Part shown: positions 37,421 through 51,439 of the stretch, in pieces
Layout of the letters: every line of letters starts with the position of its first letter
Numbering within the stretch: position 1 is the first letter of the stretch
Assembly: GCA_030704615.1 (NCBI GenBank)
Contig: CM060731.1
Location: forward strand, 34,720,001-34,784,000
Direction of reading: 5' to 3'
Length of the DNA: 64,000 nucleotides
Source of the DNA: Takakia lepidozioides
Taxonomy: Eukaryota > Plantae > Bryophyta
Position numbers and translations under genes: made by a program
Notes under the pieces: model-generated
What the model was told of the DNA's origin: nothing
Seen by the model: the letters and a program-made list of their open reading frames with translations, nothing else
The model's database searches: none

Positions 37421-38125
37421 CGACTCCCCAGGAACCCAAATCCTGCTGCAATCTCACCAGTCTCTACAGGCAAGGATCATGCACACAGCAAGCAGAAACT
37501 TGGAGAGGTCACGATAAAACACTACACCTTGCTACGGATGCCAGACTCTTCCAGCGCGGGAAAGGCAAACACTCTTTCTGTATTTCAAAATCCCGCAGTG
37601 CCCCCAAATCCCACATTCAAAACCACACTCCACACACTCTTGCATCCCTGGAATGAGCAGAGAACAGATATCGTCATCTATTTCCTGGGTTTTGTCGCAT
37701 TGTCCATGGAATCAAAACTCTTGCTACTTGTGGGTTTTGAACAGCAAATCATCTATCCCGAGCAGAGACAAAATCCGGATGATTGATGAACTCAGTTCAG
37801 CACGGGACTACCTAATAAGCGGATCTAGCACAGGTCCACGTGCACACTGGCTGTTCCTTTCCTGTCTTCCCAAGCATTTAGTGAGTGTCATCGAAATCTG
37901 TCAATACCCACAACGCATTCAAGCAGTGGTGGAATCTAAAAAGAGTAAGAATCATATTGGGTGACGCTGGATTCTCTTATTAGTTGTGGTTTGAGGAATC
38001 TGCGGTTGTATCCGCAACTCCTACCCTCTGTGTCTCCGCGATGGTGTGATCTTCTTGCGGGATCATCAGAAAGCAGGAATCGTAACATCAACCTGAATTT
38101 GTCTTTTGGTAAGACTGTGATAGCT

Positions 38126-41100
38126 ATGGCCTCCGAAAGTGCTACCAATCTGGCGGACAATGGGCAGCATGTCAACGCTATTGCATCAGATCTAAAGGAC
38201 AAGCTGGTTCTTCAGAACGGACGGGACAGGAAAAGTTATGGTAGTTTTGCAAGCGCAGAAGGGGGCAGTGGAGAGAATGTGGGGAATTTTGAAGGAAGAG
38301 CAGAAGCAGGGAAGCTTGAAACTAAATTTGATGGACCCGTGGGAGAGGTTGAAAGATCGGGGAAGATTGTGGGGAAGGTTGAAGGAGCAAGAAAGGAGGC
38401 GGGCAATGTTGAAGACTCTTGGAAGAATATCAGCGACATTCAAGGTCCCAGGCAAATTGTTGGAAAAGTAGTAGCTGAAAACATCATTGTCATGGCTACT
38501 AAATCAATGCAGGAAGCACAGTATGTGGAGAGCCTGGCAGGTGGAGAGGTTCAGAGGCTGAAGCTTCCAGAAGGAGCAATTCTGGTAGCAGCTCATAAGG
38601 GGGTACAGGATACAGAAGGCTTTCAAGTGCAGTCCTTCCTGAAGAATTTGAATACATTCCAGTTTGGAAGGACACTCCTCTATGCCCACCGTCTGCCTTC
38701 CACTCATACTCTGCTGTCTCAGTGAGTATGAACACACCAACTGAGCTACACTTAACATTTCTTTGTAGCACTTGTGTATTCGGTGTGATTACAAGTAACC
38801 CCTACAAGGGGTTCCAGTTGGCGGTGTGTGGAACAAAAGAAACAGGACAAGCTTCAATTATTCACCTATCATGAGTGTTCTTGATTGAATTGAGTGTTCC
38901 AAAGAAGGCTGTGGAAGTATGGGTTTATGTGGTTTGTGTAAGTTCTCCAACGTTAATTGCACTTATGAATGGTAATGAATGGTTCAATTGTGTGTAGGTT
39001 ACAAGTAGATGATGGTTTTCTCATTTCACCATGAACAGATGTTATCTGGTAGCTGTCAACAGTGGGAAGAGAGGAAACGGTCTGCCTGGTATGTTTTGAT
39101 AAGCCATAATATAGACAATGCAGCGTAATTTTTGTAGAGAGCAAGACTTGGTTGTTGATTCTGTCAGCATTTCACCCACCCTCTATTTTCCTCCCCCCTG
39201 GTGTTTAGTTGCTTCACTAAGTGGTTGACATGTGGGGGAGCAGGGAGAAGTAACAGGAACTGTTGTGTCTGTGCAGGAATTTTCAGTTGTTCCCTCGGGG
39301 GACCGTGTGTATAGCTGACATTCAGTATCAAGGCAAAGGTAATCTGTTGCTTGATTTTGGAGAGGCTAAAGCAATGAATTTACTGGATATTCTGGGTGTC
39401 CGTGTCATAGTCCCTCCAATGGGCAAAGCACTAGGGTTGTGCAGAATTTAATCATACGAGATCGAAGCTTGCTGAATTCTTGAGAAAAACTCCAGTGAGA
39501 CTTTTCTTTGTAAGTTCTTTATCAAATCATCCATCACATCTGGAACAACTTTTGTTTCAGAAACGTAATTGAGTTTCAAACAAGCATGCTAGCTCACCTG
39601 TGTTATCGCTCTGCAGGCCGTGCTGGGAACGTATGGGAATCACCCATGGGTTGCCTCAGGTTCTCCTTCACCCTACAGATGGGAGATGGCCGAGCTGTAC
39701 CATTTCTGCAGTATGTAGTGTCCCTTGCTATCATCGAGGGGATTGAAGCAGTTTGCTCAACTAAAGTAAGCCGAACTCATTCCATACAGAACCAGTTTGC
39801 GAACTCTCTCACACCCATCTCTCTCCTTTTTTATATGTTGTACAATATATGGAGGTGTTGGCACAGTTTAGCAGTTTCTGAAGTTGAGTGAAATTAACCA
39901 GCAGAGGGTTTATGGCTGATTGCTTAGCTTTCAGTTACTGGGGTTTCTCAAGGGAAGCCTATGTGGGGTACCTTTTGGGGTGGGGGATGCTCATTTAATC
40001 CATGTATCTTATTTACCCGGGTGTGTTTTGGATCACACTTTTTCCCTCCATTGTTTCAAGGGGGATCAACGTCGGGGGGAAAAGCAAAGAATTAGGGGGT
40101 CCTTCTTCCGCCAACATAGTGGAAAGGTTTTCTAGCAGTCAATTTTAGAACTGTGCATCTTGTTGAGGCAGGAGGGGCCAGGGTGCTGAATTGTGTCTAG
40201 GGTTATGGAATTTGCACTAGTTCTAATAGAATTGAATTAATATCAGGCGATAAGCTGTTTATGTGTAGAGAATTTCTGGTCTTATCAATATGTCTGAAAG
40301 GTATAGGGAAGTGGTGGATGCAAGTGAATGCAGCAACGTTCCGCAAGCAGGAGTGATTATTGAAGTCGGGAATCTTCCTTTTCGATTTGTCAGAACAAGA
40401 ATAAAATTGTGAGCGTATGCAGGGTGTGGCAGCACCAGAGGTCAAAATAAAGTGGCCTAATGATCTTTATGTGAAAGGCCTGAAGATTGGGGGAGTACTC
40501 TGTACGTCATCCTACAGTGCAAAGAAGTTCAACATCGTGATTGGTAAGTAGAATGATCTGAGTGTTGTTCCATGTATCCATGCACCCTACAAAGGCAAAG
40601 CACTGAAACTTTTGGATGCATAACATGATCTTTGAAGGTCATTACATATGACAACAATGACATGAGCTTCTGCAGGAATGCCCTCTTTTCGTAGGAAAGG
40701 GAAGACTACAAAGAGTAGGATTGTGGTGTGTGATTAGTTCAACCGAGAGTTTTGTGTTTGCCACTATCTCCACAGCATTGTTCTAGAGGAGAGCAACATT
40801 AGCACATTAAGGATGATGTTTGTGGATGCAGGAGTGGGGTTGAATGTGGGTAACAGGGAGCCCACCACATGTCTGGATGCACTGCTACATGAGCTCAATG
40901 ATCATGCAACCTCCCTATCAAGAGATGAGCTGCTGGCAGCTTATTTTGGCAGATTTGAGGAACTATTTAACGTTTTCTCCAGTCAAGGTGCGTCTGTTTG
41001 TAAGAATGGTTCGGTGAAAATTTTCAACCAGATGACTTCGGATAAGCTTATTGTCCTTCTGAAGTCATGCATCAGCATGGGCACTGTTGTCTTTTAATAG

Positions 41101-42243
41101 TGAGTAATGCTTCTTGGGGTTTTCAGAGCAACAGTTGGGTGTCTGCATTTCCCCCACAGCTCCAACCTGAGTGCTCTAGTGGTGATTTAATCCAAGCAAT
41201 AATAATCTTTTGGCTTGCAAATCCCTGCTGTTGGGGTGCAGGGTTTTCTGCACTGGAGGGCAATTACTATGAAAGGTGGCTACATAGGTATGTTCATCTG
41301 ACACCAAGTAGTAGCCCTCTATGTATGAAACTCCAATTGTTTCCTCTGTGACTCCCTTCCTGGGCTCTCTTGTACTTGAACCTTTTTCTGCCATTTTCTG
41401 CTATGGTTTTCTTATCTGTATGCAATTCTAGTCCCATGGATGGTAACTGTTCATGAATTTCTGAACAAGTTCTACACTCTCTCTCCACTTGCTCATTCAT
41501 CTGCCAGAGCGGGGACTGGTCTTGTACTTTAATGGCTGCGATCACCAGCTGCCACCAAGTTCCTCCTCATTTTATCCTAAGGGTGAGAGTCTGATAATGA
41601 GCATGGACAGTATTACCGCATGTAAAATTCTTCATACTATTTGTCGTGCTCTTAATGGGCATCGTAGCAACATTCTTTGGAATGGCATGAAGGGCTGGTT
41701 GCTTGAATTTCTCAGTGGCCAAACAGTAGTACTGGAGGAGAGAAAAGAAGGGACGTCTGAAGTTTCAAAAGTTTCTGTAAAGATTCAAGTAAGCTATTAC
41801 ACCTCTCCCAGTCTCTTCAGTCAAGGGTGCTTGCTTCCTTCAGACATTCATTTGACAGTGGTTATGGATGGATTTTGGCAGGGGTTGACAGCAACAGGCT
41901 ATCTGAAGGCAATAGATGAGGCAACTGAGACATATGAACTTCATCCTGATGGTAACAGGTACGTGAGATGTATTGCACGATTTTGCGCTTCAAATAGGCA
42001 TCAAAATACAGTCTCGTCACCTACACGTAATTCAATCTCATGTTTGTATGGCTTGCTTACGCTGTACATTCATGTCATAGCTACCATAAAAGGGGCAGAT
42101 AAAAATTGCAAGGTTCTCAACCAAGAAAGTAAGGTGAGAAGTTTGAGAGGAAACTCCAACTTTCACTGACATTCTAAGCTAATATGGGCTCATTGGATTG
42201 CAGTTTTGATTTTCTTCGAGGACTGGTCAGGCAGAAGATCTGA
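38126..42243 (+). CDS. HCS1: Biotin-protein ligase / holocarboxylase synthetase (start may extend to 37653 via splicing)
   Basis: Motifs are FGRTLLY..RLPSTH, CIADIQYQGKGRAGNVWESP.GCL.FS, IKWPNDLY…KIGGVLC, GVGLNV.N..PTTCL and YELHPDGNSFDFLRGLV. There are nine GT-AG-bounded exons and the stop is at 42241-42243. Confidence 0.95.
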
Positions 42244-45200
42244 GGTGTACAAATGTTGGGCAGCTTTGGTGAATGCTGTAGAACATAGTTACCCTTTATG
42301 TGCATTTCCAAATTTGCGAAAAAACAATGAATACAACAAAGGTGCATACAAGAACTTTTCGCAATCAACTAAGTTAGGGTAATTGCAAGGTCTTGTGGGG
42401 GGGTCTTTAGTTGAGGGTCAAATGCCAACCCAGTTAAGGAAAAGACTACTGAACGAAGTGGAGTGAGAAAGAAGGAGTATGGACATGAACTTGTGATGAC
42501 ACTCTGGCCTAAATATTCAGCCAGAAGGCTTAGTGGTCTACCTCAACATAAGGTTGGCCACACATTTGAAGATTGAGTCGATAAGAGCAAGACTGAACAT
42601 CCAAGGTGATTGTTAATCCTAACCATATCTTGGGTTTCACCTTGAACCCTAGACCCCACTCCATGGGTTTACATGTATAGACAATTTCATTATCCGTAGA
42701 TCACGAGACGTGGTTATGCATGACAGTAGAGCTGTACTGTGATCATCACTGAAAGACTTTTCCCGAATCACCCTATGCACCTCAGTGGGCTGTGCACCGT
42801 GGTTGGGTCTTTGTGCACTGCAAGTGCATCATTCTAACCTCAGTTAAGACGCATCCCCGGGGCCCTTGATGGGTTGTGTGTAAAACTGGCTGCTCAGTCA
42901 GTTTCTAGGGGTTGACCATCCTTTCCTTTCCTTTTCAAAAATATTTACTTTGATGAACATTCTTCTCTGGCCTTTATATTCTATGTTTGAAGAGGAAATG
43001 ATCTCTTTTTAAGTGCCTATTTCCTTTCAAATTGGTGGCTTGTTAAAAAAGTCGTGACGACTGTAACAGCCTTCTTATGCCAACCAAAGTCCTGAACAAT
43101 CTGAACAAAATGCATGTGTGAATGGGGCTCACTCTGGAAGCTCACAATTTGGAAGTCATTCTTATACCCAGAAGTCCCGGACTTCCTAAATTGTCAAGCC
43201 TGCAAAATAAGCTTAACAGCTTGTGATTCTTTGGAAGCACACATTCCTCGTGACACAACCACAAAGTTCATATAGTTGTAGGAACTGTCCATCAAACCAT
43301 CATCTACTCATCTTTATCTCCTCGAGGCTCAGAAGGAAGATGGGTAGGAAAAACCAAAAAAAAGTCTGGTAACTCTACAACAAACCTCCGTACCTCTCAT
43401 CATTAAATGATGCTTGCACATTGTTCAGATAGCTATCATCAACTTGACATGTCAGTATATCTCGTCATCATCTGTTTCTTGATGATTGCACATTGTTTAA
43501 GACTTTGCACAAGGTGGTTGGGAATGTCACACCCTTCTTGTCCAATCTACCAGCATTCCAGCCTCAGCTATGCATACTCTCTTTGCGGCGCTACAACGAG
43601 AAGAAATTGCACGACGACATATGAGACTCAAGATATTGAAGTGAGAGACTGCGAAGTGGCTCTTTCTAACCCCTCAAGTTAGCGAAAAGGTGAATTGATG
43701 TGTACCGTTTACAAAGGCAAGCAGGGTGTTAACTACCAACACTTCAGGACAAATGCTGACTCAAAGAGTGTACTACGTTCCACCATCTCTACGGCTACCA
43801 ATCTGCAGGATGAATGATGACGATGATGATGATACAAGCCTTATGGGACGTTCTAATCACTTGGAGATTGCTTTCAATTCTATCCTTCTCCGCACTTAAA
43901 TCGATCAAGCTCCCGAGAGAAACTCAAATCCATATCATGACATTGCCCAATACAACTAGGAATTCATACATACATACCTACATATACTACCTGTGGGCTT
44001 ACAATACTTACTTTTCCTACAAGGCCACCACATATTTTGTGGACTGGATCGAGCATGCTCCTGTTTGTTGGAAGCGGAAATGGTGATCGAACTAGTGCAC
44101 CCAGCTGAGAACCGCCAACACTTCTGGAATCCAATGCTTTGGGGCCCTCTTCATACATTCCTCACAAAAGCAATGATTGTCCAGGATGTGTGTGTGTGGT
44201 GCAACAACTACCCCCCCTGCTTTCTGCGTAGTACTGCCAAGTCCTTGAAAGAAGCATCCGACAACAAAATTGGCCTGGGCACACTGCGAGAGGCATGCTG
44301 CACAAACCCAGATGGATGCGCCCACTACAAAATTTGACTTTCCCAGGGGATTGAAGCCCTTGAATATGTCTGACTATATACTGAGTCTGTTTTTTCTCTG
44401 TTTGTTTTTAAACCACAAGGGGGGACAAGGCCTAACATTATAGTTAGTTTCATAATTCACGTGAGAGAGAGGCTTGGGACAAAGCTCCACAAAGTGCCAA
44501 GCTTCCTGCTTTTCTCTGGAAAGTACCTCTTGTCAGTGGCAGAAAGAAGACAGCCACTGGCAGAGTGCCCACTCTGTTCATCACTCCAACCGGCACCTAT
44601 CTTTCACATGCAAATGGGGACCCTTCACCCTTGATTTAAGTGAGTTGATATTATATACAGGATTACCACAGGCACTGCTTGAATGGAAATTGGGCTCCCA
44701 TCAAATATTATTAGAAATTATACAAGATACTAACCTGCCACAAAATAACATTTTGATTCAACTGTATAAGACTCCCTAAACAGCCTCATCCAAAGAGGTG
44801 TTGTCTTGGTTCAATGGATGCTATTTACACGTATCTACGATTCGGAGATGCTCTTTTTTCAAAAATATTAACGCCTGAAGACTAATATGAGGGTTTTCAT
44901 GTTCTAGAAGGTGATGAATTTTTTATAGAAAAGGGGGGTGGAAAAAAAATTATATGTAATTGCCATCTACAAAAGTAGATACGCAAGGTTGCACCTTCAA
45001 ACCTTACAAACCAATGGGGTGCCCTCAATCTCATCTACGAGAGATTATTCTTTGATGTTAGACAATCCAAAAATTGAATTTGTATGTTGCTATGATTGCT
45101 ACTTAGATCGAACTATGTAGAACAAGTACGCCCCCACTTATCTTGACCCTTAGATAATGCGAGTGAAAAATGGCCCCTCACTATCATTAATGGAGCGCCC

Positions 45201-45454
45201 AGGAGGGGTGCACAATATCTGCACTCCTAAGCAAAACTCCAGAAGGGAAAACAAACAACATCAACCACGCCCTATCGTTATGCCATCCACCACTGCCTTT
45301 AAGTCCATCACCGCACTAATCCTCTACAAATGCAAGAGCTTATATACCCAAAAAACATATTAATTTTTGGAAAAAAAAAAAATTAACAGTTTCAGAAAAG
45401 TTGAAGTTACACCAAACATCAAAATTTTGTCAAAAAGTTTAATTTTCAACTCAA

Positions 45455-45690
45455 CAACCAATAGTCAGTAGCTAGTGAGTAAGTGGAGGGCACACATATG
45501 ATGATGGGTCAAAGCATGACTACTTGACGGGTTGTGGTACGGTGCTTTCTCCTTCTTGCGCAGGTGTCGCATCGGAAAGCCTTTCACGGCGAGGTTATGT
45601 GAAAGAGGTTGTTTTCTCCTCTCAATTCAACGGGGCCTGTTTGTGAGCTGTCGCTCCCAGGGTTTTTCCCTTACAAAAAACAACAAAACG

Positions 45691-45723
<33 letters not shown>

Positions 45724-45733
45724 AAAAAAAAAA
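45455..45733 (+). mobile_element. tRNA-derived SINE with long poly(A) tail
   Basis: The body is homologous to 30674-30908 (CTACTTGACGGG..GTGGTAC, GGTGTCGCATC, TTTGTGAGCTGTCGCTCCCAG). Probable TSD AACTCAA at 45448-45454 and 45734-45740. Confidence 0.85.
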
Positions 45734-45932
45734 AACTCAAAGTGTACAGATTTGAAAACGTATGCTTCGGACGATTTGGTGAGGACGGAGCATGGGATGA
45801 ATTTCGTCATCAAGATTCAGGGGATGTTGTCGTGTACTTGCTTGGTTACTGTGTGCTACCAAAAGGCCTATGATCCTCAATATGTGAATTTGTGCTGGGG
45901 GTTGTCACTGTCTTTGGCGCAGATCATGGTAT

Positions 45933-47730
45933 CGCTACAACATATTAAGGTTTTTATGTTGCATATAGACGTTTTTCAGTGTTCATAGTGCGTTACGACC
46001 TCACTCACTCTAAAGAGAAAAAAACTATGTGATAGCGACTTTCATCCTGCGCGTGGGTAACATGCAGAGGTTATCGATACTGCGTACATGGCCACTACAT
46101 GATGTCGGACAGTGGCATGAGTCAGTACCTATGGAGAGTGATGTAGTCATAACTATATACAACTTAATAACTACATTATATGACTACATGTCTACTGAAC
46201 ATTGTCTACATGGAGAGGCATCAGCGGGACACGTGTGCCACTGCGGATGTGACACGTCATGAATTCTTGACGTGATCATATGACTATATGTTTTTATTTT
46301 TTAAAGTTTTATATAATTTAACAATATTTTTAAAAATTAAATTATTTAAATGAATTAAATTCTTCATTACATTGTGAAAATTCCAACATAAAAACAGAAT
46401 TGAACCCAGTATTGTCCTACATACTAGCAACCACAAGGGGAATCAAAATAGACAGCTACAGGGGAATACAAGCCTTGTTAATCATATTACAAAAATCCAA
46501 ATGAGACCAATGTCCCAATGGACACCTCATAGGCTTCAAGGTCCAAAAATGCAAGCCTCAAAAGGCCCAGTAAGCAAAAAATAAGCAAGCCCACACATGG
46601 GCTAAATTGTTGTAGTACTACTACAGTTCTGGTGCTACTCGAATCAAGGACTATATTTAGCAAATAACCAGTGCAATATTTCTTACACCTATTGAGACCC
46701 GTGTTTCAGCAACTTCAAATTCCAAAGTGTTGTGGTCCCTATCACCTGTCCCAACTCTGTACGTTTTCTAGAACCATTTGACATATGGTAGAAGAGTGTT
46801 ATTGACATATGCATCTTTGATGTACACACATGCATAATCCACTGGCACAAACAGAGTACCCGTAACCCACCAAAACACCTTGCAAAACAACAATAAGCCC
46901 TACTCCTGCAACCTTCTTGCATTTGGAGTTGACATCCAATAGCCGAACCTCGTCACCCACCCTAAAGTGTGATCCCAACTCCACACAAAAAGAACAATAT
47001 GTGAAAAACCCCATGACTTGCACGACTAGGACACAACATAGGGGGAAATGAGAGCCCTCAAGTTGGAACAAATGAAACCGACAAGACAAGTTGTTGGACT
47101 TACTCCATTTGCACTCTTGATGGGTTGTGAGACCTCCTTTGGGGGGCTACCGGCTTGTCGACAGTCTTGGCCGCGGCCTATAATGGCTTGTGATCGACAA
47201 TATTAGGTCGCTTAGTCACAAGTCTTTGTATCACAGACCAAAAAACAATAGTGTATTAGTGACATTCACAAGCACAATTCACTGCAAAGAAAACCTTACC
47301 ATGTGACATGGAAATATAGTTGGCCAACCAAATTGCAATCCAGGTCCATCACCCGTAGGTTAGCCACATGACCTCCATCTAATCCTAAACTAACTGTTAC
47401 AGTTTGACAAATCCCTAAGCCAAAAAATAACCTCGTCCAACTTGCCTCTTATAATGATCCCTTTCCAACGACCATTTGTCCATCCAAAATGAGGAATAAT
47501 AGCCAAGAGGGAATCCTTGCCCTCACATATATGATGTATGTCGGCCTCTCCAATCGAGCGAGCTCCTACGAGCTTGGATTCAAATTTCAATTGCCAAATG
47601 GTCACTAAAAATAATTAAGCAGAATCTAGAGCATCCGATGCAAGAAAGTTGAAAAAACTACTAAAACAGAAAAAATGCTCTTCAAATCAAACGAAGGACA
47701 AAACTCTTTGATGGAAAAACCCTAATTGCT
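45933..47730 (-). mobile_element. Decayed CACTA element related to the Pack-CACTA pair (right end not found)
   Basis: Degenerate TIR CGCTACAACATATTAAGGTTTTTATG and GTAGTCAT/ATGACTAC motifs. 46500-46690 resembles 1245-1440 (CAAGCCTCAAA..GGC…CAAGCCCACAC). Confidence 0.6.
46689..46990 (-). pseudogene. TnpA/Tnp1 (En/Spm ORF2-like) C-terminal fragment, frameshifted
   Basis: VGDEVRLLD…KVAGVG…GYSV, then in another frame LGQVIGTTTLWN. This resembles the Tnp1/En/Spm C-terminal domain (pattern recall). Confidence 0.5.
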
Positions 47731-50700
47731 TACAAGGTGATGCTATCAACTAGCACGCAACAGAAAACTAACAAATATTATCATAAATTGTAGAATATTA
47801 TCACCTCAGATCAGTTGAGATACAATCACCGATCCCACGAGATCGTTGTAGAAACACCATCTAGATCAAGATCTCAAAGTATTGTCATTGACACGTGCTC
47901 GATTTTTATGAGTGCATAGCCGCTACTCTCAACGAATGAAGCAAGGTTGGTCGTGAGGACTTGTTCCATGGTCATCAGCAATTTTATTAGCCTTGTGAGT
48001 TCACGAGTGAATAGCTGTGAGTTGTGTCTATGAGTATTGCAACTGAAAGCTTGGTTTAAGGAATAGAGATAGATAAGATGAACGAAGTCACATTTCACCT
48101 TTTTTTTTGGTGCTCTGCTGAGTTGGAGAGCGGGAGGAGCTTGCCAAATAGGAGCATTCAAAGTCCAAGTTAGGATGCAAGTATGTGAGAGGTAGAGGCC
48201 AGGCAAGACTCGGTCTAGTCGAGGAAATGGAACACTATCGTAGAGACTTGTTGAACCTTGAAGTGAACTCAACTGTGAACACATTTCTAGTATATGCCGA
48301 ATGATAGTAACATTTTAAGCTAGTAACTAAATACCCAGCAAGATAGATAGGTCAAGTATAAAAGAATCAAGAACCTAATACGCTGATATGTTCATTTTCT
48401 TAATATGAAATCCCTGTTGGCAATATGAGTTGGATGTCCAATGTATAACTAGTGATTCAGTACGTAACGATGAATTCTGAACACTTGTTCTCATGTCCAC
48501 ATGAGGTTGGAACTTGCCACTACAAATTGTAATGAAGGTCTTTGTGTGCGGAGAATTTGAGTTCTTTGTGTCGTGATTGTATCGAAGTATCAATGATCAA
48601 GTTGATGATAATGTGAAAATTGTAAAATGGTTAATGCATCAATTCAATTGTTCAACAATTGTTATTTGCATGCAAATTTATGTTGTCTATGGTGCGTCTT
48701 GAACTTTAAAATTTATAAATAGATCTCTAACACAAAAACATTCATTTGCATTGAAACCCAATAAATACTAAATATTTTTTTTAATTTTCCTGAGTTAAAT
48801 GCGTGTATGTGTTTGTACTCGTTTTGTTTATCGGTCCTATAATTTACTAAACAAAGTGATATATCATACATAGTCTACTACTGTCTATGAGCACTATGAT
48901 CTTGAAAAAGTTTCTACATTTCAGAATGATACTTTGTCATATGTTCATAATCATTCATATTGATAATGTATTATTGTTTGTATGATATAATATTTGAGAT
49001 TCCACCTCTTTTGTGATTTTTAATTATTATGAATTTTCTCCGTATTTTTCAATAGCACATAGCTGTTGTTACTTCATTTTTAAGAATTACCTGTACAATC
49101 CATCAATCCTTTTGGTATACCCATTAGTGAAAAAATGCGACTTGGGGATACGAGCTTTGGGAAGTGATAGAAATATTGTACTCATCTAGTTCAGAGCCCA
49201 TATTTTTTCAATCAAAATTTACATGGTGAACTAGAGAATTTATCCATGGATATATCATCACCATAAGGGATGAAAGTTGAAGGGATTGATGACATTGATA
49301 TTGTACAAATTCCAAAGTGACATTGAGTTCAATATGCACTCTTCGATACGTGAATCCATGTAGAATTTCATATCTTGCGAAGCTTCCAACCATCAACTTT
49401 CTCATTATTGTATGTTTTCTTGGTGATTTTGAATTTGTTCTCACTTCCTAATATCATCTTTATAAAAAGATTTTTCATCTTCTCAATTTCATATTTATTA
49501 TGTGAATTAGCCTTGTCCACAAGAATGAAAGTGGAGAGGCATTGGATCAAAATTCAGAAGCATTTTATCCCTTAACTTTGATATTCTCTTTATTGAGAGT
49601 AAGTCATCATTTTTTATAAAGATTCATCATAACCAAGTAAGCGGTGCCCAATGTTGTCGAAAACTGTACCACTTGTTTTCTAAATGTAGCGCACATTGTG
49701 ACAATGTGAACATTTGTGGGCCCAATGAAACAAGTTGCAAATGACGTAAGCACTAGCTGCGAAGACGTATGATGAAACAAACTTACAATGTCATCTTAGA
49801 GCACCCTAAACCATAACCCGAAATTATCAAATGTCATTGATTCCACCGTAATGGGGTGATGGAGCACATACCTTGGGCCCTCAGTAATTAAGTTGCAAAG
49901 CTTGCAAAGGCAGTGATGGAGTTGGGTTTATATTAAGATCGGAAATAGGAATTATCAAAATGTTGAACAATCATGTGATGTCTTGTCTAACAGTTACAGT
50001 AAGTGGTTGTTGGCACTGGATGTGTAGGGCTATCTGGTTTGATTGCACAAGTCGAGTATGAGAAATGTGGCTTCATGTCCCGTTCACAAGTCCAAATCTT
50101 GGCTACACCCCTTGCACAATTGCGGGTTGGGAACTAACGACATGTTGCTGGTTGATACGTTGTATGGTCTTGTTGTACATATGCGGAAGGGATCGGGCTC
50201 GATACTTGCTTTAAGATGTAGGTTTTGCTGCCCACTTGCTTCGACACCTATCAGAAGCCTTCACCGCATTTCTTGCAGTTGTGTCAACGCATATTAAAAC
50301 AAACTTGATCCGTTGGTAGTCCGTAATGAGGCCAACTTCCTTGGGGTTTTGCGAGCGGAGTAGAGGGTACCGCTCTAGCAGATCCAACATCATCTCCACA
50401 TCCTTCTTTAGCTGTGGTATGGACGAATAGTGCACATGGGCAAAATTTCGCCTATTGATCATTGAGTCCAGATGGTCGGCCAAGTCGATCACAGACATGT
50501 TCTTTGCCTTAGCAAGACTCACTAGTACAGATTATCGTTTTATGACTGCAAATATCACTACATTTGCAGTGATAAGTGCGATTATGACTACATCACTCTG
50601 CAGTGACAAACACGAAGTCAATTCTACCATCACTGCGGAGTGATAAGTGCGAAGTGATGGTCGTCACTGCAGACGTGGCACCTGCCAACGACTCAGAGTG

Positions 50701-51439
50701 ACGTGGGGTGTAGTGTTGTAGTCATAACTATACGACTACAAGGCTACGTGTCATGACTACACTTACGACTATGTCACTACATATGAGCGCCAACATGGAG
50801 AGGTCTCTCCATGACACGCATGACCCCCCGGATGTATATGACTACACGACTGTACCTTATGACTACACTTATGACTATATCACTACTCACTACATCATTG
50901 AGGGTAGCAAGTGGTATATTTCATGACTACAAATATGATTCCATCACTATAGGTTTGTACTGGTTCTGGTAGGTCATCTAACACGGGTCCTTATTCAATT
51001 AGTTTATAAAACCATTAATGCTATTTTATTTATTAATTTCATGTAAATTTTATTTATCGTTTTGATATTCAGATATGTTTTAATATACAGAACAATATAT
51101 TTAATTGAATGAAAGAATTTCACACAAATACATAGATTGTTGAATGTCGATCATACAACAAAAAACCAATGGAAAAAATGTTCCCATGGATGCCGCAAAG
51201 GCGCTACAATGAGCATTCAAGAAGCTTGAAAGGCCACATGGATAAATAGCCAAGCCTCAAAGGCTACAAGTCCCAAAACCCAAGCCCACACCGGGGCAGC
51301 AGTCCACTAGTACTCCTACAATTGAAGAGCTCTATTTACAAATCACCATTGTGGCATATTTTCAACTACATTGCATCACATAGTCCCACCATTGACTGGG
51401 ATCAGAAAAGTAATCATTCCACAGCTTCTCGTCATTTGC

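Noticed and set aside
43500-44340. LINE remnant
   Set aside because: It looks like decayed coding sequence, but no diagnostic motif could be read.
48600-49620. AT-rich decayed ORFs (also 17070-17700 and 60240-60700) as viral or transposase relics
   Set aside because: They have many stops and no recognisable motif, so the call cannot be supported without a search.
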